Source: an uncultured archaeon
Lineage (GTDB): Archaea > Asgardarchaeota > Lokiarchaeia > Sigyniarchaeales > Promethearchaeaceae
Direction: 5' to 3'
Assembly (NCBI GenBank): GCA_964426185.1
Contig: CAYRPF010000008.1
Coordinates: 50,492-61,396 of the forward strand
DNA: 10,905 nucleotides
The notes under the pieces are model-generated. The model was not told where the DNA came from. It made no database searches and saw nothing but the letters and a program-made list of their open reading frames with translations. The translations under genes and the position numbers were made by a program. Of the stretch, positions 1-7,256 are shown piece after piece (the first letter of the stretch is position 1; every line of letters starts with the position of its first letter).

Positions 1-694
1 AAAGAGAAGAGATTTTTGTTTGAATTTTGCGATATATTTGCTTTATTTCTTCCACTTCTTTTCTGCATCGTTCAGCAATGCCATGATAATCCCCTTTATC
101 GAATAAAGACCATACTTCACTACCAGCAGATTTTCCAAATGAAGGAATTTCTAATCGTTTTACTACTTCAAGTTGAGTTTTTGGATAAAGAACTGGCTCT
201 TCGGGAAATAAAAAACTACTGGTATTGCTGAGATCAATCGTTTTTGTATTTAAAAACGTGCGAAACAATTCATCTGGAGCGGCGATATTATGTTGCATAC
301 CTTTGAGAAAAAGCACTGGTAAATCAATTCGGGAAATGGAAAATCCACAAGTAACACAATCATAGATCCGTTTTTTTAACACCCTTTCTTTCTGTTTTTG
401 CTGCATTTTCCAATCCATTAAGAAAATTTCATATATTTGTTCGATTACTTTTTTTTCGGAGTTCTCATTGAATTTTTCGGATTCCTGTGAATAGTTCAAA
501 TATTCTAAATTCTGTTTCCAAATCCAAATTGAATGTTTACCTTGAATTGTCAGATCTTTGAGTGAAGTTTGCAGAAAATACCCTCCCAGAAGAAGATGGC
601 CTTTTTTCGTTGGATCAAATTTGAAAGTTCCCTTTGTTTGAGTAAAAAATCGGTCTTCAGGAGGCACAAAAAATTCAAGATCGAAGAATAACAT
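1..694 (-). CDS. DnaQ/DEDD-superfamily 3'-5' exonuclease-like protein (PolB-exo/RNase_H_2-like), 3'-partial, >=231 aa
   Basis: Translated by hand, not in the ORF track. ATG at 694, in-frame upstream TAG at 709-707, open to the window edge. MLFFDLEFF (ExoI D5/E7), TCGFSISRIDLPVL (ExoII D124), TIDLS, GSEVWSLFDKGDYHGIAERCRKEVEEIKQIYRKI (ExoIII-like helix). Confidence 0.85.
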   Translation of the reverse strand, partial: MLFFDLEFFVPPEDRFFTQTKGTFKFDPTKKGHLLLGGYFLQTSLKDLTIQGKHSIWIWKQNLEYLNYSQESEKFNENSEKKVIEQIYEIFLMDWKMQQKQKERVLKKRIYDCVTCGFSISRIDLPVLFLKGMQHNIAAPDELFRTFLNTKTIDLSNTSSFLFPEEPVLYPKTQLEVVKRLEIPSFGKSAGSEVWSLFDKGDYHGIAERCRKEVEEIKQIYRKIQTKISSL

Positions 695-728
695 AAGTTG
701 GGAAAGCTAGTGAGACTTTATACTTTTT

Positions 729-1595
729 CTAATTTGCTTGTTCGAGCAGAACTTTTAATTCTTTAACTACATCTAAATCTGGTTTTAATGGAAGTTTAAA
801 AGGAGAAATCTGATAATTCATTGGTTTCGAGGGTAATTGAGCTTCTCTGCGTAAAAGGTTGTAGAATTCTTGGAGCAAGAAAGGAAGAAACATTACATCA
901 GCCAAATTATAAGCCAATAACGTATCAAGATATTTCTGATGTTGGGTGGATTGAAATTTTTTCCATAAATATATGGCACTTTCTCCTGAAATTCCCTTCA
1001 AATTATAGCGCGAGAGATTAAATTTCTCTTCTATTTCCTTTAATCCCCCGTGCATGTGGAGTCTGCGACTGAGCGAAAAGAGATCGAAATGGATAGGTGG
1101 AATATACATATTGTTTCCGAAATTTTGCTGTAAAAACGGAATATCCGCTCGTTCTCCATCAAATGTGCAAATTGCGGAAAATTTTTGGAGATATCTGGGA
1201 AATTTGTCTAAATTTTTATTCTTAACAAAATATTGGGGAGCTTGGCCATCAAATGTTGCAATAGAAGTAATGTAATCGTTTGTTAGATCTAATCCTGACA
1301 TTTCAATGTCAAAAAATAGAATTTTCGTCTCTTCACCTTTCCATAAATCTGGAATCATTCTCCAATGAAATTCTTCGGGAATTTGAGAAGCTAGAAACTC
1401 AAAATTTTTCTGTTCTAAAGCTTGTTGGCACTGAATGATTTCTTTACGAGAGCGTGCCCAAACTTTTTTGGTAAAATGGGGATGAGGGTTGGAATGGGCA
1501 ATCATTTGCCGCCATGAAATTATGTGAGAATGCCATAAACGAATTTCACCCTTTCTTCTAATTCCCGGTAAATGTGCAAAAGTGCAGTCAATCAT
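729..1595 (-). CDS. YprB-like (RNase_H_2 / COG3359-type) DEDDy 3'-5' exonuclease with N-terminal HhH-like segment
   Basis: TFAHLPGI..RLW N-terminus, LFFDIEMSG (ExoI), TFDGERADIPFL (ExoII), HFDL, GGLKEIE, G-x-x-A-I-x-LW, LLAYNLADV (ExoIII YxxxD). Confidence 0.88.
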   Translation of the reverse strand: MIDCTFAHLPGIRRKGEIRLWHSHIISWRQMIAHSNPHPHFTKKVWARSRKEIIQCQQALEQKNFEFLASQIPEEFHWRMIPDLWKGEETKILFFDIEMSGLDLTNDYITSIATFDGQAPQYFVKNKNLDKFPRYLQKFSAICTFDGERADIPFLQQNFGNNMYIPPIHFDLFSLSRRLHMHGGLKEIEEKFNLSRYNLKGISGESAIYLWKKFQSTQHQKYLDTLLAYNLADVMFLPFLLQEFYNLLRREAQLPSKPMNYQISPFKLPLKPDLDVVKELKVLLEQAN

Positions 1596-1608
1596 TATTC
1601 TTTCTTTG

Positions 1609-1615
1609 CCTCCTT
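1609..1615 (-). promoter_or_regulatory. Shine-Dalgarno-like AAGGAGG upstream of the exonuclease
   Basis: cctcctt on + strand reads AAGGAGG on -, 13 nt before ATG 1595 (long spacing). Confidence 0.5.
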
Positions 1616-1633
1616 ATCAATTACAAAAATGAA

Positions 1634-1651
1634 TTAAGATTTAAATCTTAA
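1634..1651. promoter_or_regulatory. 18-bp perfect palindrome TTAAGATTTAAATCTTAA in the divergent spacer (candidate operator / TATA-like core)
   Basis: Sequence equals its own reverse complement and is centred on TTTAAA. It overlaps a second 10-bp palindrome ATCTTAAGAT (1645-1654). The palindrome is certain, the function is inferred. Confidence 0.55.
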
Positions 1652-1686
1652 GATGTGAGCATTTTAATTATTCTTAAAAGTTCCTT

Positions 1687-1694
1687 CTTATATA
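1687..1694 (+). promoter_or_regulatory. Candidate archaeal TATA box (CTTATATA) for the Mut7-C gene
   Basis: Matches YTTAWA, about 40 nt before TTG 1734. SD-like GAGGT at 1722-1726. Confidence 0.4.
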
Positions 1695-1703
1695 CTATTC
1701 GTT

Positions 1704-1720
1704 CTTATTAATTTAATAAG
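1704..1720. promoter_or_regulatory. 8-1-8 perfect inverted repeat CTTATTAA-T-TTAATAAG (candidate operator)
   Basis: Perfect arms lying between the candidate TATA box and the SD, around the expected transcription start. Confidence 0.5.
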
Positions 1721-1733
1721 CGAGGTTATTGCT

Positions 1734-2384
1734 TTGGAAGTCCCATCAACAAACCATTATATAATTTTTCAATATCGTTTCATGGTTGACGCAATGTTCG
1801 GTAAATGTGGGAAATTTCTACGATTATTGGGATTTGATACTGAAATTGCCAATTCAAAATGGTCAGATACTGAGTTACTAGAGAAAGTGCTGAAATCTCA
1901 TCGAATATTAATCACTCGTGATGCCCAATTATATCATCGTTGTATCGCTAAAGCTTTCTCTGATGATGAAGGGGATATGCCGAGTGGAATTTATTGCCAA
2001 GTTGAAAATGTGGTCGATTTTCTCGTGTGTGTGTTTCAGAAATTAAATATTTCTGCAAACAAATTTTTTTGGGATATTCCTGACGATCATCAAAAATTCG
2101 ATTCTTCTTCTTCTAATTCTTCTAATTTTTCCAATTCTTCTATTTCGTTAGATACTCAAAAACTTCCATTTATGCCCAGATGTTCTGTTTGTAATGCCGT
2201 AGTGTATTCTATACCTACCCAAGAAGCTATTAAACATGTTCCCGAAGGGACCGCACGATTTTTTCAACAATATTGGCGATGTTCAAATCCGAAATGTGGA
2301 AAAATTTACTGGATTGGGCAACATTGGAATGATATTCTCCAAATCTTGAGGAAAGTCGATAGCTTGCTTAAAAACGCTTCTTAA
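1734..2384 (+). CDS. Mut7-C RNase domain protein (PIN fold + Zn ribbon; COG1656-like)
   Basis: RFMVDAMFGKCGKFLRLLGFDT, SDTEL, RILITRD (acidic PIN residues), RCSVCN...WRCSNPKCGKIYWIGQHW (Zn ribbon + GxHW). The TTG start is supported by GAGGT 7 nt upstream and by the first beta-strand beginning before the internal Met. Confidence 0.92.
   Translation: MEVPSTNHYIIFQYRFMVDAMFGKCGKFLRLLGFDTEIANSKWSDTELLEKVLKSHRILITRDAQLYHRCIAKAFSDDEGDMPSGIYCQVENVVDFLVCVFQKLNISANKFFWDIPDDHQKFDSSSSNSSNFSNSSISLDTQKLPFMPRCSVCNAVVYSIPTQEAIKHVPEGTARFFQQYWRCSNPKCGKIYWIGQHWNDILQILRKVDSLLKNAS
2102..2143 (+). repeat. In-frame microsatellite: (TTC)n followed by four degenerate 9-bp units
   Basis: ttcttc ttcttctaa ttcttctaa tttttccaa ttcttctat, encoding SSSSNSSNFSNSS inside Mut7-C. 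Confidence 0.75.
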
Positions 2385-2425
2385 TCGGAAAATACTAAAT
2401 AAATGCTTCATTAAGGGAAATTAAT

Positions 2426-2836
2426 ATGCCATCTAAGTTCACTTCCGAAGAAAAGCAATTCATTCAGCAGTGCAAATTTAGGTTGAATGAGGAAGAAGTT
2501 CCACGCGCCGAATGGCCTAAAATTATTCAGCAGGATCTGTATTATTTCCGTAAAAAACAAAATCAGATGAAAAGAAAAAATTCTGATTTAGGAAAATGGT
2601 GGAGCCAAGTAAAAAAGCGTTTTCAAAAATTTTTTTTCAAAATTCTCATGAAAATGCAAGGATTAAATTCTTTAGGAGAAAGTGATGAAATTCTTGATAT
2701 TTTAATGGAACAGATGGAATTAAAGGATGAAATTACCAATTCCAGTGAAATAACTGTCCCTAATGATTCCAGTTATATAATTTCAAATCATCCTGAAAAA
2801 ATAAAAAAACAAGAGGTGGTATTTGAAGATGACTAA
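2426..2836 (+). CDS. Hypothetical protein; N-terminus resembles a Myb/SANT-like (trihelix) domain, acidic C-terminus
   Basis: 136-aa ORF filling the gap between Mut7-C (41 bp upstream) and Tex (overlapping stop codons). Pattern FTSEEKQFI...EWPKII...RKNSDLGKWWSQVKKRFQK. The CDS is likely, the domain call is by eye. Confidence 0.7.
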   Translation: MPSKFTSEEKQFIQQCKFRLNEEEVPRAEWPKIIQQDLYYFRKKQNQMKRKNSDLGKWWSQVKKRFQKFFFKILMKMQGLNSLGESDEILDILMEQMELKDEITNSSEITVPNDSSYIISNHPEKIKKQEVVFEDD

Positions 2837-5181
2837 ATCTCTTGGTTTTGTGGAACTTGCTTTAAAGACAGTTGCACCCGGTTTCGTGCCTTGTCCACAT
2901 TGATAATCATTACTTCCACAATATCACCTACAGCCAGATATTCTGAAGGATTCTTTACATAACGGTTTGCAATTTCTGACCGATGAACTAACCCATCTTG
3001 TTTTATGCCAATATCCACGAATGCACCAAAGTCTACCACATTTCGTACCGTGCCCTTTACAATCATCCCTTCTTTAAGATCTTCAATCGATAAGATCTCT
3101 TTTCGTAATAATGGTGGTTCCAACTTATCTCGAGGATCTAAAGTTGGCTTGGCCAGTTGCTCAATTATGTATTTAATTTTCTCGGGCTCAATTTTGTTCG
3201 CTTTAAATTCATTGGCTATCTCAACTGGTTGAACTTTCTTTAATCGACGTGCAACTGCTTTTGAAATGGATGGATCTAGCAGATCTTCTGGAGTAACCTT
3301 TATTTTTTCTAAAATTTTTCGGACGATTTCATAGGATTCAGGATGTATGATAGTTCCATCAAGTGGCTCCGTTCCGTTAAAAATTTTTAAAAACCCAGCG
3401 CATTGCTCAAATGTTTTTACCCCCAAACCTCGAATATCTAAGAGTTCTTGGCGCGAAGAAAATCCGCCGTGTTCCTTTCGATAACCCACAATTTTTCTTG
3501 CTAAGCTGCGATTTAAACCTGAAACATGTCCTAACAATTGTTCTGAGGCGGTATTGAGATCAACACCTACCGAATTAACACAATCTTCAATCACATCATC
3601 CAGTGATTCTCTTAAAGCAGATTGGTTGACGTCATGTTGATATAAACCCACTCCAATGGATTTAGGATCGATTTTAATTAATTCTGCTAAAGGATCCTGT
3701 AATCTACGGGCAATACTGATAGCACCCCTGATTGTTAAATCTAAATCGGGAAACTCTTTTCTGGCTGCTTCAGAAGCGCTATAAATTGATGCTCCTGCTT
3801 CATTTACTATTGCATATTCAATTAATACACTAGAATCTTTTGAACTCGAAGATTTACTTATTGTTCTGGCGAATTGAGCCACAAATTGTTCTGTTTCTCT
3901 GGATGCAGTTCCATTTCCAATTGCTATTGTATAAGCATTATATTTTTCTACAAAACTTCTTATTTTTTTCATGGCATCTGTAAAATTTTGCTTGGGAGGT
4001 GTCACATAAATCACGGTACTATCGCAGTAATTACCGTTTTGATCAATTACTGCAACTTTACAGCCGGTTCGATATCCGGGATCGATTCCAATAATTGCCC
4101 GATTTTTTAAAGGAGGTGTCATTAAAAGATTGCGTAAGTTTGTAGCAAATACCTTTATAGCATGTAATTCTGCCCGTTCTGTCAATTTTCTCCAATATTC
4201 GCGCTTTAAAGAGCGAATCATATATCTTTTATAACCTTTTTTAATACCTTTCAAAAAATGCTTTAGAAATGGATTAGATTTCTCTGTTTGATTACCGATA
4301 ATTTTTTTTTGAATTTCTCGAATCAAATCTTCATCCGATGTATTAATATTCAGAGAAATTACGTTGAGATTTTCCGCTCGATTAAGTGCCAGAATTTGAT
4401 AATTTTGAAGATGTCTCCCTGGATTCGAAAATTCAAAATAAGTTTCGAAAATCTGGGGTTCAATCACTTTTCCATTTTCATTTTTAATTTCTTCCTTGCC
4501 TTGAAGCACCTCGTCTCGAACCAAGGCAGAAACGGTGTTTTTCTTTTCAATTTCTATCCTAACAAATTGTCTAATCTCAGGAATTGAACTGGATTCTTCT
4601 GCAATAATATCCATTGCCCCATCCAATGCTTCTTGTGGTGTTAAAACTCCTTTTTCAGCATTCACAAAAGTCGCTAAAAATTCATCAGAGTTTTGATTTT
4701 GAGGGAGTTTTCCTTCTCTGATAGCATCTGCCAAAGGTTGCAAGCCTTTCTCCCTCGCCTTTGCGCCCAAAGTCTTTATTTTTGGTTTATATGGTAAATA
4801 CAAATCCTCTACCGTTTGAAGTGTTTCTGCCCCTATAATCTGTTTTATCAAATCTAAAGTCAGTTTTCCTTGTTTATTTATGGAATGCAACACGAAAATC
4901 TTACGTTCTTCCAACAAATGTTGCTGTGCATATGCTTTTTTTATTGAGCGAAGCAGTTCTTCATCCATTGCACCTGTGATTTCTTTACGATAGCGAGCAA
5001 TAAATGGAACGGTATTTCCACTTTCAAGTAAGTTTATGGCCTTTTTTGCCCGTTCAGTAGAAATTTGACTTATTTTTGCCACCGTTCGGTAAATTTCCTC
5101 TAGATCTACTTCTTTAGGAAGCTCATTCGCTATTGACAGATCTGAAGAAAAGGATGTGGAAGTATTTTGGGAAGGTTCCAT
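2833..5181 (-). CDS. tex: Tex/YhgF-family RNA-binding transcription accessory protein (Tex_N, YqgF/RNase H-like, HhH, S1)
   Basis: GNTVPFIARYRKEITG, VEDLYLPYKPK, ILALNRAE, IIGIDPGYRTGCK, IGNGTASRETE, EAGASIYSAS, ARRLQDPLAELIKIDPKSIGVGLYQHDV, FEQCAGFL, IHPESY, S1 domain GTVRNVVDFGAFVDIG. Confidence 0.97.
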   Translation of the reverse strand: MEPSQNTSTSFSSDLSIANELPKEVDLEEIYRTVAKISQISTERAKKAINLLESGNTVPFIARYRKEITGAMDEELLRSIKKAYAQQHLLEERKIFVLHSINKQGKLTLDLIKQIIGAETLQTVEDLYLPYKPKIKTLGAKAREKGLQPLADAIREGKLPQNQNSDEFLATFVNAEKGVLTPQEALDGAMDIIAEESSSIPEIRQFVRIEIEKKNTVSALVRDEVLQGKEEIKNENGKVIEPQIFETYFEFSNPGRHLQNYQILALNRAENLNVISLNINTSDEDLIREIQKKIIGNQTEKSNPFLKHFLKGIKKGYKRYMIRSLKREYWRKLTERAELHAIKVFATNLRNLLMTPPLKNRAIIGIDPGYRTGCKVAVIDQNGNYCDSTVIYVTPPKQNFTDAMKKIRSFVEKYNAYTIAIGNGTASRETEQFVAQFARTISKSSSSKDSSVLIEYAIVNEAGASIYSASEAARKEFPDLDLTIRGAISIARRLQDPLAELIKIDPKSIGVGLYQHDVNQSALRESLDDVIEDCVNSVGVDLNTASEQLLGHVSGLNRSLARKIVGYRKEHGGFSSRQELLDIRGLGVKTFEQCAGFLKIFNGTEPLDGTIIHPESYEIVRKILEKIKVTPEDLLDPSISKAVARRLKKVQPVEIANEFKANKIEPEKIKYIIEQLAKPTLDPRDKLEPPLLRKEILSIEDLKEGMIVKGTVRNVVDFGAFVDIGIKQDGLVHRSEIANRYVKNPSEYLAVGDIVEVMIINVDKARNRVQLSLKQVPQNQEI

Positions 5182-5204
5182 TACGAACCAAATAAAAGTA
5201 AGAT

Positions 5205-5238
5205 AAAAAAAAAGGTTTCGCCCCAGTTAGGGAAAAAA
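5205..5238 (-). terminator. Oligo-T tracts (T6, T9) after the acyl-CoA synthetase; may overlap a TATA-like element for tex
   Basis: T6 at 5238-5233 and T9 at 5213-5205 on the minus strand. TTTTTAT lies about 22-28 nt before the tex ATG. Confidence 0.45.
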
Positions 5239-5244
5239 TTTCGA

Positions 5245-7089
5245 TTACAATTTATCTCCTTCATACAGCGAATCAAGTAAACCTTGATAGCGAACCAAAA
5301 CAGTCCGGCGTTTCAACTTCATGGTCTGTGTCAACATTTTATTCTCCAAAGTAAAATCTTCTTTCAAAAATGCAAACTTCCTTGGAATTTCATAGCCACC
5401 GAATTTCTTACGTAAATGCTCCACGATTTTATCCGTAATCAGCTTTTGCATTTCAGTATCTTCCACTAATTCTTCAAAAGATTTTTCTATTCCATGCTTC
5501 TTTGCATAACCTTGAAGATAATCTTGATCGGGAACCACTAATGCAACGTTATATGGTCGACCATCGCCGTAGACAAAAATATTTGCGATCCAAGGTAGTA
5601 TTTTAGAATATTCTTCTATTTCCGCGGGATGAACATATTTTCCATTCAGTAATTTATATTCATTCTTGATACGGCCAGTGATGAATAAAAAGTTATCCTC
5701 ATCCAATCGGCCTAAATCGCCGGTTCGAACTCCTGGAATACCATTTTCATCCTTTACCATAATTTCTGCAGTTTTTTCTGGTTTATTTAAATATCCTTTC
5801 ATTACATTAGGTCCGTAAGCAATAATTTCGCCATCTTCAGAACCTTCAGGCATCATGGATTTATCAATAACGACTTTTACATATTCAATCGGTTTACCAA
5901 CACTACCTAGCCTATGATATTTTTCACAGTTCATGGTAATTGCTGGAGCAGTTTCGGTCATTCCATAGCAATCATAAATTGGTAATCCAATATCAAAGAA
6001 GAAGTTTGCTACTTCTAATTCTGTTTTCGCGCTAGCAGTTAAGGAAGAATAAAGTCGAGTTCCAAATTTTGCCCGAACTTTTGAGAAAACCAATTTATCC
6101 AGCAGTTTCAACTTTAAACTCGATTTTCCAGTTTCTCGCTTCTTCTTGGCTGCAGCTTTGGCGGCGAGAAATAGTTTATATTTGATTCCACCAGTTTCTT
6201 CCATTACTTTATGAATTCCTTGATAAATTTTGTTAAATAACCTAGGAACACAAACTAGATGGGTGGGGTTTGTTTTTATAAGGTCTTCAGACAGATTATC
6301 TACATCGGTAATTGCACATGAAGCTCCAACTTTAACGAAGGTATACAATTCAGCTGTCATAGCATAACTATGTGCCCATGGAAGTATAGATAGTGCCCGG
6401 GCGGTAGAATTTATTTCAGGATATAATTTTGAACCAGCATGGGAATTTGAGGTGAAGTTTCCGTGAGTTAGAATTACACCCTTTGGGTCACCGGTTGTTC
6501 CGGAAGTATAAATAATTGCAGCTTCATCATGAACATCGGGGATGACAGGGTCAACTGGATGGGATTTTCCTATCTCCTCTAAGGCTTTCATCGTGTTTTC
6601 CCCTTCACCCCTTATAATGAAAACTTTTTGCAGAGTTGGGATATTTTTACGAAAGCTATCTACTATTTTGTAAATTTCAGTATCTTTCACAAAAAGTAGT
6701 TTCATTCCACTGTCTTTAATGATATATTCCCAAGTTTGCTTTAATTCCTTTTCATACATCGGCACCCAACATGCGCGTAACCCGAAAGTGGCAAATGCGC
6801 CAACTGCCCAATCTAAAGAATTTCCCATTATAATACCAATTTTGTCTCCTGGTTGAATTATTCCAAGTTGTGCTATTCCAGCTCGAAGATTATCAATTCG
6901 GGTACCAAATTCACGATAAGTGGTCCACTGAAATTCTTTATTAGCATTTTTTTCACCAAATGCCAGATTATCAGGGTATTTCTCAACCGTATTTTTATAA
7001 AAATCAACTAAATTATTTGGTTTATCGTACTGAAGGCGTACTTCATTTTTTCCATAAAACTCATATGACATGTTATTCTCTCCAATCAT
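5245..7089 (-). CDS. fadD: Long-chain fatty-acid--CoA ligase (AMP-dependent synthetase, FAA1/ACSL-like)
   Basis: IIYTSGTTGDPKGVILTHGN (AMP-binding), LSILPWAHSY, VPRLFNK, YGMTETAP, GPNVMKGY, RTGDLG, ITGRIK, LTQTMKLKR. The start may be ATG 7071 (GGAGA upstream). Confidence 0.93.
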   Translation of the reverse strand: MIGENNMSYEFYGKNEVRLQYDKPNNLVDFYKNTVEKYPDNLAFGEKNANKEFQWTTYREFGTRIDNLRAGIAQLGIIQPGDKIGIIMGNSLDWAVGAFATFGLRACWVPMYEKELKQTWEYIIKDSGMKLLFVKDTEIYKIVDSFRKNIPTLQKVFIIRGEGENTMKALEEIGKSHPVDPVIPDVHDEAAIIYTSGTTGDPKGVILTHGNFTSNSHAGSKLYPEINSTARALSILPWAHSYAMTAELYTFVKVGASCAITDVDNLSEDLIKTNPTHLVCVPRLFNKIYQGIHKVMEETGGIKYKLFLAAKAAAKKKRETGKSSLKLKLLDKLVFSKVRAKFGTRLYSSLTASAKTELEVANFFFDIGLPIYDCYGMTETAPAITMNCEKYHRLGSVGKPIEYVKVVIDKSMMPEGSEDGEIIAYGPNVMKGYLNKPEKTAEIMVKDENGIPGVRTGDLGRLDEDNFLFITGRIKNEYKLLNGKYVHPAEIEEYSKILPWIANIFVYGDGRPYNVALVVPDQDYLQGYAKKHGIEKSFEELVEDTEMQKLITDKIVEHLRKKFGGYEIPRKFAFLKEDFTLENKMLTQTMKLKRRTVLVRYQGLLDSLYEGDKL

Positions 7090-7195
7090 TCACTTAAAAT
7101 ACCTTTAAAAATAAATAGTGATATTCTTATTATTTGTATGTAGTATTTTTAAGGATTTCTTTTCTCTTATCCGAAAAATGATTAAAAAATTCCTT

Positions 7196-7250
7196 AGAAC
7201 CAAAAAAGGTTCTTTCAAATACTGAATTCCTTTTTCGAAAAAAAATTTTT
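7196..7250 (-). terminator. Probable terminator region after lipS1 (T8 tract plus small hairpin AGAACC-T6-GGTTCT)
   Basis: T8 at 7245-7238 on minus, 6-bp inverted repeat at 7196-7213. Confidence 0.45.
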
Positions 7251-7256
7251 CATCGA

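Noticed and set aside
16-231. 71-aa + strand ORF
   Set aside because: Antisense shadow of the minus-strand exonuclease 1..694, which has clear motifs.
821-1275. + strand ORFs 821..1021 and 1054..1275
   Set aside because: Short and wholly antisense to the YprB-like exonuclease, with no motifs.
1-2836. Anti-phage defence, toxin-antitoxin or Harbinger-like transposon reading of the nuclease + Myb-like cluster
   Set aside because: No DDE transposase, terminal inverted repeats, integrase or recognisable defence or antitoxin gene. YprB-like, Mut7-C and Tex are common chromosomal families.
3005-4587. + strand ORFs 3005..3232, 3874..4110 and 4288..4587
   Set aside because: Antisense shadows inside the highly conserved tex gene.
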